Positions 52,029-63,521 of a stretch of 64,000 bases of DNA are shown piece after piece. The stretch's first letter is position 1. Each line of letters starts with the position of its first letter. Both the position numbers and the translations under genes were made by a program. Origin of the DNA: Pecten maximus (lineage: Eukaryota). The stretch spans positions 26,660,001 through 26,724,000 of the forward strand of contig NC_047027.1 in NCBI RefSeq assembly GCF_902652985.1. The letters run 5' to 3'. Below the pieces are notes generated by a model that saw only the letters and a program-made list of their open reading frames with translations, was not told the DNA's origin and ran no database searches.

Positions 52029-52954
52029 AAATTATCCCCTGTGGTCGTAAATATAGGGGCAACTGTACCAAACAATGCTTGATGTATTGTAACAGACGTA
52101 CGAACTTTAGCTATAGACCACGATGTTATATCTCGACAATTACAGTAATTGTGTTTAGTAGTTTATTGACTTTTCGGTTGGTCATCATAAACATGTACAT
52201 CACATAATACAATCGAAATTGGGTTGGGGATTCGCGGTATTACAGACATATCGTAGAGGATGGGCAATTTGGAAAAAAATATCTTAACTTACTGTAGCAG
52301 CAATCCGAAATTTAGATTATTTTTTTTTAATATCTTATGTTTAATTGTAATTTGACTACCTAGATGGTCGTATTTTATAATATTTACATTTTTGTATACA
52401 TTTAAAGAACCCCGCTCTCATTGTAAAATGGACAAACAAAAATGAAATGTAATTCGTCTTGGGAGCATAGGATCTTGGAAGTTAAAGGGAAGTAGGCCTA
52501 ATGGGGGACAAAATAAGATCCACCAACTAGTTACTATTTAAGTAAATTTAATGGAATGTTAAGTTAAATATAATTTGTTTTAAAGAGCTCTTCTTTCAAT
52601 TCCTTAATACTTATTCTAACTGAAGGGACGCATTCGTTCTCTCTCGTCTTTGGGTTTTGCCATGTATGTCGATTTAACTGTATACATCAAAATCGTGTGT
52701 ACCTTTATACTTTGTTTGGCCCTTGATTAGGCTAGGGTGCCATTCTTACGTCATCATTTATCATTTAGTCTTAGAACTGTATACAGAATCTTCATTAGTC
52801 GAAAAAATCCATGTATCCAAGTATTTTGACGGGCTTTACTAGTTTTTTTCTGGATTATTCGAACATGTTGATATCTATTTGTGTAATAGTGAGTTTACAC
52901 ATATCAGATACATATGAAATTCAGTCATCTTGTGTTATGTCTAGTGTACAAGTG

Positions 52955-53235
52955 TATTTGGTAACTCACACAGACTACGTAAGTTTATTTTGTAACTCAC
53001 ACAGACTACGTAAGATTATTTGGTAACTCACACAGACTACGTAAGATTATTTGGTAACTCACCTAGACTACGTAAGATTATTTGGTAACTCACACAGACT
53101 ACGTAAGATTATTTGGTAACTCACCTAGACTACGTAAGATTATTTGGTAATTCACTTAGACTACGTTAGTTAAATTTTGTTACTCACATAAATTACGTAA
53201 GATTATTTGTTACTCATATAGACTACGTAAGGTCA
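52955..53235. repeat. 31-bp minisatellite (TTATTTGGTAACTCACACAGACTACGTAAGA), ~9 units
   Basis: Direct reading. Confidence 0.9.
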
Positions 53236-54090
53236 GTTGGAATTCACATCAACTCCGTAAGGTCACTTAGTAGCCAGGCTATCTATAGACATCATAGACA
53301 ATAGCCCATGTTCACTTACGCGTCTGGTAGCCATCTGGTTACAAAATGATATGATGGTCGTTACATTAGTCTAGAACTGTACGGTTTACTGTTCTCTACA
53401 ACCTTCGAAATACATCCGTTTTCGCATGACGTTTGTTTTTACGAGAAAATCAAATCCACAAACAGTTTGAAAGCATTGTTTTATTGCCGACGTCAAGCAT
53501 CATCTATTAGTAAGACGTGATAGGTGTTCGGTGATACACCAGACAGTTCTAGCGTCTCCCTCCTCTCTCCTTCAACAAAGTCTTCGACCACGAAGACACC
53601 CACTGGACGCTATGCAAGCTCCGTGGGTATTTAGTTATGCGTCAAATATAAGAGGGAAGGGAAAATGCAGCGACCAGACTGGGATTCGAACCCGCGTCCT
53701 CCAAACTCAAGACAGATCTCCAGCGGAGTTTTAAATGTATACAATTGTACGCGTAAACTTTATTTGAAACATATCAAGATATCTGAATGCGGACTAAATA
53801 ACTCGATTTAAATAGACTATGACAGGAAATAAATTTCCTCTATATACGCATCTAACATCTTTTGTTGAATATTGCTATAGATGTTTTGCTATATTTAATC
53901 ATGCATGCGAACAAAATATAGACATGTTCTTTAGAAATAGAGGATTTAAGTTAAAAATTAAGAAAAAACTAAATTCAAAAAATAAAAATGATCACTTATC
54001 ATTTATTATAAATTTATTATGATAACACGATGTTCATGCGATCATAAATTTACAATTATTTTTTGTACGTCACACAATAAATATTTCCAG

Positions 54091-54137
54091 GGCTATACGA
54101 ATGACCATCACCCTCATCACGCTACAAAAGTCAAAGA
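54091..54137 (+). CDS. C-type lectin-domain protein, 47-nt exon 2 (signal-peptide part, W-AIRMTITLITLQKSK-S)
   Basis: Acceptor TTTCCAG, donor GTGAGT; phase 2 in and phase 1 out, linking the flanking exons without stops. Confidence 0.6.
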
Positions 54138-54142
54138 GTGAG

Positions 54143-54322
54143 TATATCGGGTATAATCGGGTATAATCGGGTTTAATCGGGTATAATCGGGAATAATCGG
54201 GTTAAATCGGGTATAATCGGGTATAATCGGGTTTAATCGGGTTTAATCGGGTATAATCGGGAATAATCGGGTATAATCGGGTTAAATCGGGTATAATCGG
54301 GTATAATCGGGTAAACTCGGTT
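54143..54322. repeat. 10-bp tandem repeat (GTATAATCGG)n, ~18 units
   Basis: Direct reading; starts right after the exon-2 donor. Confidence 0.95.
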
Positions 54323-54641
54323 TTAATAGCTCACTAGAGCTAATGTTCATTTGTTATCATATGTACATGTACCGACTTTAAAAAATGAATTTAATTGAAT
54401 AAAGACCTGAAGTGTTCTCTTTTTTCCAATCGGAAAACCACTCGGGCCTTTTCGTCATATCTTCTGAAACGTGTCAATGTAACGGTAACCATGGTTTCTG
54501 CCATCTTCTATTAGACTACGTTTTAGCTCAACAATCTAAAGTTTATTTTTCTAACCTATTTTGCATTCAAAATTTAGATATTTGTTGATATATTTTTGAT
54601 TCGTGTAATTGATCAAGTGTTTATCATTTGCATTATTTCAG

Positions 54642-54824
54642 GCGCCTATGGTTCTACCACCATTATTTACAACAACCAAACCGGAACCGGAAGTGTGTAT
54701 TATGTTATTCAGAACAAGCATACTTTTGTCAGTGCCTTGGCTGAATGCGAATCAATGGAAAACATGCATCTCGTTCATCTGGAAACGGTGCAGGAACAGA
54801 TCTGGCTCAACACCCAACTGGATG
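54642..54824 (+). CDS. C-type lectin domain, N-terminal half (exon 3)
   Basis: YYVIQNKHTFVSALAECESMENMHLVHLETVQEQIWL matches the CTLD A...C......L..I....EQ.W pattern. Acceptor TTATTTCAG, donor G|GTTTGT, phase 1/1. Confidence 0.8.
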
Positions 54825-55394
54825 GTTTGTCTAGTGATCAATTATATCTAATCAAGGAAGTATACTATATACAAAATAAAATTAACTAAAAACACATTAA
54901 TATAAGTACAATGCTGTATAGTGTTTAATATTCGCGGGATTTTATTTCGCTATATTCACTATTATTAATTATATCGCGAAAATAAATACCCTTCTAATAT
55001 TTAGCAGAAAGTTTACATAGTGGTGTTGTACGAAATTTAATACCAGCGTACAAGTTGAGACTGAGAAATATTAGCCATGTTTCAACACAAGGTAATGTGA
55101 TTATTCGAACGCATCAAACTGTTTGATGTGTGCAATCTTTTAATTTTCAAATAAAGTGATATGTATTTGCTAATAGTCTAATTTAAAGTATTCTAGCGCT
55201 TGCCCGCAAACATTGAAAAGGGGCGAAATCTTACTATCAAGTCCCTTAATTATTTGTCAAAAGATAAACGCTATGGTTGATATTCTTTGTACTTGTGTTT
55301 TATTTTTATAGTGTTTTTTGTTTTGCTTGTTGTTTTTTTTCTCTCTTTTTTCTGTTCTTTTGTATCGGTTGACAGCCATTGTACCATTGTGCAC

Positions 55395-58300
55395 TGTAGG
55401 CGTCGAATACGCCTCGAAATCGTTCCGGCTATCGTAATAATAAATGAGGTCAATTCCATCTTCCTGGCTTCATCTGTGTTTATTATCTTTGACATCAATT
55501 CAACTACATACATGTACAGTACAGGTGTAGTGACTCAATGATAGTTCTACGTAGATAGATTGACTGTAACGAAAAGAAACAGTACTTATTAGACTAATTA
55601 ACTAAGCAACAGTTACTATTATGCCTTATCATCTATAACACATGACGAGTTTGATCTGTAGATGAGATCGAGACAACTCGCCCTCTACTATTCAGTATAC
55701 AATACACATGACTTGACAAGACTAGGACATTTCGGCCCAGAATGAATTTAACCGAACCTGATAAATATAGCAAAATACAATACTATTACGATACTATTAC
55801 TCTTACACATTTATAGCGAGTTAAACAGCAATGAAACAGCAATGTATCAATCATATCATAGCATACAAATACAGCAGAAATCAAGTGATAGACTAGAATG
55901 CACGAGGGACTTGTCGTCTGTCCACGGTTCACTGACATATTTATATATTGGCCGAATTATCCAAAATGACATTATAACATGATGACATGGATTCCTAAAC
56001 AAGCATAAATCATATTCAAATCATTCAACAGTAATTAGTTACCGTATCGTATCCTACGATAGTCCGAACGAATCTTCTCATACTCAAAACATGTGCTGCG
56101 CTTGGATAACGCTATCCCATAATATTCGTCTATACTAAAACCGGAAACCGGATAACCGTATTTTCCGGAATCTTAACAAAATTACCACAAATGAAACTAA
56201 ACAATAAATTCAACATAAAACTAACATTTAGGCCGTAACATACCGGCCCCTTAATCGAGGCTTCAACCGAGATTATCAATTCGCAAAAACGGCCTAATAA
56301 CCATCAAACACATCAATTAAATCATTATGCTTAATCATAAAATAATTACAATTACAAAAGTACATCTGACATTTCAGTTCGAAATGTCCTTTCACTCAAG
56401 CGTTCACCGTATCCATTACTCAATGTCTGACTCGAGCAAGAGCACGAGTTTGGTCACTGGGCGCGTTAACACATTGGAAGGGGTCTTAACCTTCACGAAT
56501 CGCACAATGTCATGTTTGTCTTTCACAACTTCCTGAATCCTACCGGTTATCCACGCATGCCTAGGTGTACTATCAGCGATCAGCACAAGATCTCCAGTCT
56601 GCAAATTGCGTCGTTTCTTCATCCATTTCTGGCGTCCTTGCAGAAGCGGTAAGTATTCCTTGGTCCACCTATTCCAGAAAATATCTGAAAGGTACTGTAT
56701 CTGTCTCCACCTCCTTCTGGCATAGTTATCCGTGGCGACAAATGTTCCAGGTGGGAAATACTCTCCAGGCTGAAGCAATAGCAGATGGTTTGGGGTCAAA
56801 ACCCGTAGGTCAGTTACGTTATCCGATGCTTCAGTTAACGGGCGTCCATTTAAGATAGCCTCTACCTCACAAAAGACTGTCTGAAGTCCTTCGTCATCCA
56901 GTTTCGCATTCTGCTCATGCATAACAGAGTACAACACCTGTCTCACAGACCTAATGAGTCTTTCCCAGACTCCGCCGAAGTGAGAACCGGAGGGAGGATT
57001 GAATTCCCACTGAATGCTACTCTGCAACATGTTATCACGAATTTTGTCTGTGTTCCATTTCTGAATATTTTCCTTCATTTCTCGTTGAGCACCGATAAGG
57101 TTGGTTCCGTTATCCGATCTAATAAATACAGGTTTTCCTCTGCGAGCGATAAATCGTCGAATGGAGTTGATGCAAGAATCTGTATCGAGCGACGCAGCAA
57201 CTTCTAAATGGACCGCACGAGTCACAAGACAGGTAAACAATACCCCATATCGCTTTACCACACTCCTTCCACGTTTCAGTTCAAAGGGTCCGAAGAAGTC
57301 CATCCCAGTTCTGCTGAAAGGAGGCTGATCAGCTGCGAGTCGCTCTGCGGGTAAGTTTGCCATCTTTTGCTCAACACATGGAGCTCTGTATTTCCTACAA
57401 GTCACACATTTGGAAAGAATAGATTTCACCAGAGTGCGAGCACCAACAATCCAATATTTTTCTCGAATGAATGCAAGAACAGTGTTCTTTCCTAAGTGAC
57501 CACATGATCTGTGGGCATCATCCACAACGAGTCTCGATACGACAGGTTCCCTAGGCAACACCACGGGGTGTTTTGCATCATACGAAATTTCAGCTCTTTC
57601 AAGACGACCTCCTACGCGAATGACACCATCTTTAACAAAGGGCTCCATCTTGAATAATTTCGAAGTCTTCTTGAGTTTTCGCGACTGAACACCATTGCCC
57701 TGATGAAGGATCCTGCTTTCGGCTGCGAAGTACTTTCGTTGCTCATACTTAATCAACGCGGCTTCAGCTCGTTCCAGAATATCCACAGACAGGCACGCTG
57801 TACGAAAGTTTTTCTTTCCTTTGAGAAGTCTATCCTGTCTCTCTTTCGACAATGTTAACTTTATTTTCTGGTCGCGTTTCACAGGATCAGATTCTGAACT
57901 GCTGATGTCCTGTTTTATCTGCCGGCTCCTCTCAACAGCTCCCTGCAGGTTGTCCATAGCTCTCATAAGCCATCCAGTAGCCCTCCTAAGCTTATTAAAG
58001 TTGGAGTAATAGTCGAAAAGATTTTCGACACCACTGTTTGTGTCTAAAACAACTGATGTAGCGCACGCAGTCGTCCTTATTTCAGGATCATTCTCTTTAT
58101 CCGTGATCTTAACATCCTTTTCCACAACGGGCCATTCACGTTCGGATTTCCAGAGGAACATTGGTCCACGAGTCCACGAGTCAGGCAACTTCGAAATGCT
58201 CGTTCCTCTTGATGCAACATCAGCTGGATTCTCCTTAGTGTTGATGTAATACCAGTCATCTTCCGACGTAGCTTCGTGGATAAGAGCAATGCGGTTAGCT

Positions 58301-61300
58301 ACGAACGTGTGGAAGCGCAAATTCTTGTTTGCGATATACCTTAAGACTGAAGTGCTGTCGGTCCAAAAGAAGAATCGATCTATGTTGTAATTCAGCTGTT
58401 CTGTCACCATCCTGACCAACTTCACTAGAGAAGAGGCAGCTGTAAGTTCCATCCGGGGTATAGTCACTGCCTTCAGTGGTGCGACTCTCGCCTTCCCGAA
58501 CAAGAACGAGCAGTGGATCTTTCCAGTGACATCAACGAGTCGAAGATAGAATACCATTCCATATCCAATGTCACTTGCATCTGCGAAACCATGAAGTTGA
58601 CAGGAGGTTACCTTGCCGAGGTTTTTCCCTTTGTAACACCGATCAATGGTAACATGCTCTAGTTCAGGTAGCTGAAGCAGCCAATCGGTCCAGTCCTTCA
58701 GATCTTTTCCTGTGATCTCCTCATCCCATCCCTTACCATCCCCACAAAGTCTTTGCAGAATTGACTTGGCCTTAAGAACAAACGGGGATGCAATTCCTAA
58801 AGGATCGTACACTGAGCTGGTTACTGATAGAATACCTCTTCTAGTAACAGGCTTGTCTTTCATCTGAATTTGGAATCCAAGGGAGTCATTCTCCATGAAC
58901 CAATAAACTCCGAGAGCTCTTTCGATAGGTGGCTTACTATCCAGACTCCGCAACTTGACTTCTTGGGCACGATCACCCTCTGGAATAGATTCCACAACCA
59001 CATCACTGTTACTCGTCCATTTGGTAAGTCGGAATCCTCCGGATTTACACATTTGAGTCACATCATGTATAAGACTAATCGCCTTCTTCTCGGTAGCAAC
59101 GGAGGTCAGACAGTCATCGACATACATATTTCTTTTCAGTGTGTCCTGAACTTCTTGGGGAAACCGTTCTTGACTGTCCTCTGCAGTTTTCTGAAGAGCA
59201 AAGTTGCAAACACTGGGAGATGATGAGGCTCCAAACAGGTGAACCGTCATCCTGTAGCTCCTTGGCTCATTCGCAGTATTCCCGTTGGGCCACCAGTAAA
59301 ATCGCAGATAGTCTCTTTCATTTACTGGGACCTTCACCTGATAGAACATTGCTTCAATGTCTCCAATGACAGCCACTGGTTCCTCCCGGAATCGCATCAA
59401 CACACCAAGAAGATTGTTTGTAAGGTCAGGTCCCTGGAGTAAGTTGTCGTTAAGGGAGACACCTTGATATCGCGCAGAGCAATCAAACACCACTCGAATC
59501 TTGTTCTTTTTCTTGTGGTATACACCATGATGAGGAATGTACCAGACCTTTCCTTTGTCAAATCCCACAGGTGCTGGTTCCGCATGACCTTTCTCCAACA
59601 GTGTTTCCATGAAGGTAGTGTAATCTTCTTTGAACTTGGGATCTGCCTTGAACCTGTTCTCAATGCTGCGTAATCTCCGTTTAGCCATTACCGAGTTATC
59701 AGGCAAAATAGTGACCATGTTACGAAATGGCAACGAAACGCAGTAATGTTCTCCATCCTTATAAATAGAGTTTTCAGCCATATCCAAAAATTGTTTGTCC
59801 TCCCTCGAGTTTTCTTTTCTATCGTCAATAAGACGCTCAGGGAAATCGAGGTTCATAGATCTCTTAACCATGTCTTCGATGTCTTCTCCAGACTCATCCT
59901 GAATGTGAACTCTGTTGACTTGTATAGTACCGCTTTCTCGAAGAACATTCCAGACCACCCATCCAAGCTTAGTTCTTGTAGCATGTGGTGATCCACTAGG
60001 GCCTGCAAGTATCTCAATAGGCGAGTAGGCATCTGGTACGTTGCTGCCAATCATCAAACCTATCTCACAGTTAGGCTCAGCTAGTGAAACCTTTGCTAAG
60101 TGTTCCCACCTTGACACCTCTGCTTGTGTTGGGATGTGCTTCTTAGACACGGGCATTTTCTCCTTCGTGAACACTCGCGGAAGATCAATAGCATTTTCCG
60201 AGTCAATGTCACTTACTTGCAGTCCACTGATGGAAAATGTGTTCATGATAAATGGCTCACCCATTGTACTCAGTGTAAGCTGTGTCTTCTTACCTCTAGC
60301 TCCAAGCTGTTTCATAACTGTCTCGGTGCAAAACGAAGCGCTACTACCTGTATCCAAGAATGCGTATGTCTCTATACTATGTGGTTTATCACGCAAGCGA
60401 ATTCTAACTGGGACTATCGCCATGGCACAAGACAAATCCCCCTTTTGATCTTCTTTTGCGATAGCATAACCAGTACTGGCATTCGATACACTAACAACTG
60501 ACGAGCTTTCTTCGTTGTGTAAGATAGATGGATGACTTTTATTGCATATGCCGCACTTGGAACGATTACGGCATCTCTTCGACAAGTGGCCTTTCTTGAG
60601 ACAGCCAAAGCATAATCCCTTTTCTTTAATGAAGTTGACTCTTTCGTTCATAGGTTTGGCAGTTATCTTTTTGCAAGTATCCAGAGAATGGGAAGTAGAA
60701 TCACAGAAGAAACACCTATAATTCGGGGCTGGAGGAGGTACGGTGTCACTGGTGCTCTTAGGTATAGAATCTGTAACAATCTCTGGAACTGCATTGCTGG
60801 AACGTGCAATCTTTGTCTGAGTCTTTGGTCTTGAAGTCCCAGTGGCATTACTTCCATACGTAGGGTCGTTGACTTTCTTAGCCTCTGCCTTCACAAACTT
60901 CATGAAATCTTGGAACCGAACCTTCCTCTTTGCTTCCTTGTACTTGTATACTTGGTTCCTCCATTTATCATGCAGATAGAAGGGTAGTTTGAGCATTAAT
61001 TTCTTAATATTGTCCGAGTAGTCAAGAACGCCATTTGATTCTGTGCCAACTGCATTATCACACTCTACAAGAAACAAAGAGAAGTCATCGAGTGCCTTCG
61101 GGTCTCCAGGACGAATGGTGGGCCAGTCTAATGCTTTCTTGATGAAAGCTGTCGCTATAACTTCCTCATCGCCATAGCGATCCTCCAGCTGACTCATGGC
61201 TGCCTTATAAGCCTTGTCGCCGTTAAGATGGCTGAATCCTGACACCACTTTATGTGCATCTCCGAATGTAAGTTGTTCAAGGTAGTTCATCCTTTCATCG

Positions 61301-63279
61301 TCATCATCAGTGTTGATTACAACTTTCGAGTGAAATTGACGAATAAATCTGCGATATTCTAGAGGATCTCCACTAAACTTCTTTACCTCTGCCACAGGTT
61401 TTCTTAAATGTTGAACTACCGACTGAACTACGGTTTGTGAATGGGACGAATCAACATATTGTTCAGGTAGTGTTCTCGATGACACTTCTGCTACACCAGT
61501 CGTATGCGGTCTAGGTCTATCATATAGGACTGGAGGGGGACTTGCACAAACACTTTCATCTGTAAATCGTACAGGCAATGGTCGCGGCTTAGGGGAGGTA
61601 AATCGCGGTTGCTCGAACGCAAGAGCCTGGTCAACTGAAGCATTAAGATTTTCATTTGAGTCGTACTTGTCGAGTACTCCGCTTCTCGCTTGAGCGACAG
61701 CTATACCGGTATCAAGTTCCAGCTCTTCCTCTTTGAGCTTTAGCGACAACTTAGCTAACTCAATTTCATGTTTCTTTGATAACGCTAGTTTCCTTGTCTC
61801 TAATTCTACCCTAACCTGTTCTTCTTTGATACGTTTCAGAGACGCGTATGAACTGGCAGTACTGGAAACGGATACATTATCATCGGCTTCTGGATCAGTT
61901 TTCTTTATAATGCCTTGGTCTATTTTCTCGCCAGCCACACTCAACTCTTCGGCTACAGATAAAGTGTTCTTACTCAATGTCATAGCACTCCGCGAGGAAA
62001 TGTAGTTCTCAATCCAACTTTTGAATTCTTTCGCAGAACCATAATTCTCATTGAACCTTTGAGCAAACTCATCATGCTCATGGGAAGAGACTTGGGGCAG
62101 CAAAATGTCATACAGTTCCAAATATTTTTCGAACTCACTCATCCACATACTGTATTTTTTACGCACAATATCCAAAGGTTCGTCATCTTCAGTGGCTATT
62201 TCTTTTAAATATCTTTCTGACCTACATAGAGACTTGTATTTTTTGTCAAGCTGTTCCATATTGTACTGCATGCCTTTCTCACTAAATTTTCTGGCCCGTC
62301 CAGAATCTGAATTTAAGTCATACATGTAACCTTCTACAGCTTCTCTGTCTCTAGTAGCCATCTTGTTCCAGATCTGTATCACTTAAAAGCTTGAAGATCA
62401 TACCTCTTACATCTAGGAAGATACGTCAATGAATGTAGGCGTCGAATACGCCTCGAAATCGTTCCGGCTATCGTAATAATAAATGAGGTCAATTCCATCT
62501 TCCTGGCTTCATCTGTGTTTATTATCTTTGACATCAATTCAACTACATACATGTACAGTACAGGTGTAGTGACTCAATGATAGTTCTACGTAGATAGATT
62601 GACTGTAACGAAAAGAAACAGTACTTATTAGACTAATTAACTAAGCAACAGTTACTATTATGCCTTATCATCTATAACACATGACGAGTTTGATCTGTAG
62701 ATGAGATCGAGACAACTCGCCCTCTACTATTCAGTATACAATACACATGACTTGACAAGACTAGGACATTTCGGCCCAGAATGAATTTAACCGAACCTGA
62801 TAAATATAGCAAAATACAATACTATTACGATACTATTACTCTTACACATTTATAGCGAGTTAAACAGCAATGAAACAGCAATGTATCAATCATATCATAG
62901 CATACAAATACAGCAGAAATCAAGTGATAGACTAGAATGCACGAGGGACTTGTCGTCTGTCCACGGTTCACTGACATATTTATATATTGGCCGAATTATC
63001 CAAAATGACATTATAACATGATGACATGGATTCCTAAACAAGCATAAATCATATTCAAATCATTCAACAGTAATTAGTTACCGTATCGTATCCTACGATA
63101 GTCCGAACGAATCTTCTCATACTCAAAACATGTGCTGCGCTTGGATAACGCTATCCCATAATATTCGTCTATACTAAAACCGGAAACCGGATAACCGTAT
63201 TTTCCGGAATCTTAACAAAATTACCACAAATGAAACTAAACAATAAATTCAACATAAAACTAACATTTAGGCCGTAACA
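55395..63279 (-). mobile_element. Full-length, apparently intact BEL/Pao LTR retrotransposon (7885 bp)
   Basis: LTRs 55395-56240 and 62434-63279, both 846 bp, TG..CA, no differences seen by eye. TSD TGCAC (55390-94, 63280-84). PPT-like AGGGGCCGGTA at 56241-56251 (minus). Single uninterrupted ORF. Confidence 0.98.
56416..62361 (-). CDS. BEL/Pao Gag-Pol polyprotein (1981 aa from ATG)
   Basis: Gag KFSGDPLEY; three Cys/His knuckles (CFFC..H..C, CFGC..GH..C, CGIC..HP..LH); protease FLDTGS; RT DIEAMFYQV / YVDD; RNase H HGFADAS; integrase H..GH..CVTC, GMDFFGP, SDNGTN, GVWERLI. Confidence 0.97.
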   Translation of the reverse strand: MATRDREAVEGYMYDLNSDSGRARKFSEKGMQYNMEQLDKKYKSLCRSERYLKEIATEDDEPLDIVRKKYSMWMSEFEKYLELYDILLPQVSSHEHDEFAQRFNENYGSAKEFKSWIENYISSRSAMTLSKNTLSVAEELSVAGEKIDQGIIKKTDPEADDNVSVSSTASSYASLKRIKEEQVRVELETRKLALSKKHEIELAKLSLKLKEEELELDTGIAVAQARSGVLDKYDSNENLNASVDQALAFEQPRFTSPKPRPLPVRFTDESVCASPPPVLYDRPRPHTTGVAEVSSRTLPEQYVDSSHSQTVVQSVVQHLRKPVAEVKKFSGDPLEYRRFIRQFHSKVVINTDDDDERMNYLEQLTFGDAHKVVSGFSHLNGDKAYKAAMSQLEDRYGDEEVIATAFIKKALDWPTIRPGDPKALDDFSLFLVECDNAVGTESNGVLDYSDNIKKLMLKLPFYLHDKWRNQVYKYKEAKRKVRFQDFMKFVKAEAKKVNDPTYGSNATGTSRPKTQTKIARSSNAVPEIVTDSIPKSTSDTVPPPAPNYRCFFCDSTSHSLDTCKKITAKPMNERVNFIKEKGLCFGCLKKGHLSKRCRNRSKCGICNKSHPSILHNEESSSVVSVSNASTGYAIAKEDQKGDLSCAMAIVPVRIRLRDKPHSIETYAFLDTGSSASFCTETVMKQLGARGKKTQLTLSTMGEPFIMNTFSISGLQVSDIDSENAIDLPRVFTKEKMPVSKKHIPTQAEVSRWEHLAKVSLAEPNCEIGLMIGSNVPDAYSPIEILAGPSGSPHATRTKLGWVVWNVLRESGTIQVNRVHIQDESGEDIEDMVKRSMNLDFPERLIDDRKENSREDKQFLDMAENSIYKDGEHYCVSLPFRNMVTILPDNSVMAKRRLRSIENRFKADPKFKEDYTTFMETLLEKGHAEPAPVGFDKGKVWYIPHHGVYHKKKNKIRVVFDCSARYQGVSLNDNLLQGPDLTNNLLGVLMRFREEPVAVIGDIEAMFYQVKVPVNERDYLRFYWWPNGNTANEPRSYRMTVHLFGASSSPSVCNFALQKTAEDSQERFPQEVQDTLKRNMYVDDCLTSVATEKKAISLIHDVTQMCKSGGFRLTKWTSNSDVVVESIPEGDRAQEVKLRSLDSKPPIERALGVYWFMENDSLGFQIQMKDKPVTRRGILSVTSSVYDPLGIASPFVLKAKSILQRLCGDGKGWDEEITGKDLKDWTDWLLQLPELEHVTIDRCYKGKNLGKVTSCQLHGFADASDIGYGMVFYLRLVDVTGKIHCSFLFGKARVAPLKAVTIPRMELTAASSLVKLVRMVTEQLNYNIDRFFFWTDSTSVLRYIANKNLRFHTFVANRIALIHEATSEDDWYYINTKENPADVASRGTSISKLPDSWTRGPMFLWKSEREWPVVEKDVKITDKENDPEIRTTACATSVVLDTNSGVENLFDYYSNFNKLRRATGWLMRAMDNLQGAVERSRQIKQDISSSESDPVKRDQKIKLTLSKERQDRLLKGKKNFRTACLSVDILERAEAALIKYEQRKYFAAESRILHQGNGVQSRKLKKTSKLFKMEPFVKDGVIRVGGRLERAEISYDAKHPVVLPREPVVSRLVVDDAHRSCGHLGKNTVLAFIREKYWIVGARTLVKSILSKCVTCRKYRAPCVEQKMANLPAERLAADQPPFSRTGMDFFGPFELKRGRSVVKRYGVLFTCLVTRAVHLEVAASLDTDSCINSIRRFIARRGKPVFIRSDNGTNLIGAQREMKENIQKWNTDKIRDNMLQSSIQWEFNPPSGSHFGGVWERLIRSVRQVLYSVMHEQNAKLDDEGLQTVFCEVEAILNGRPLTEASDNVTDLRVLTPNHLLLLQPGEYFPPGTFVATDNYARRRWRQIQYLSDIFWNRWTKEYLPLLQGRQKWMKKRRNLQTGDLVLIADSTPRHAWITGRIQEVVKDKHDIVRFVKVKTPSNVLTRPVTKLVLLLESDIE

Positions 63280-63296
63280 TGCACTTTCTCTGACAG

Positions 63297-63521
63297 GTCT
63301 AAATATACCTTTGGACTACTGGGTAGGACTGGATCGACGGGTCAGTGATGATGTTTGGGTGTGGGTTTGGGGGACAGGACAGACCACATCTAATGACATC
63401 CCGTCCAGGTGTTTAGGGTACACAACGGATGGTCATCGTAATGCTATAGCGACCAGTGTTAACGAGCTACGTCAGAGAAGTGGCGAGAATAGCCAGTTTA
63501 ACTACGTCTGTGAACATGACG
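63297..63521 (+). CDS. C-type lectin domain, C-terminal half (exon 4); gene continues downstream
   Basis: YWVGL..WVW..G..C...YVCE. Acceptor TTTCTCTGACAG, donor G|GTACGT; phase 1 joins 54824. Confidence 0.82.
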
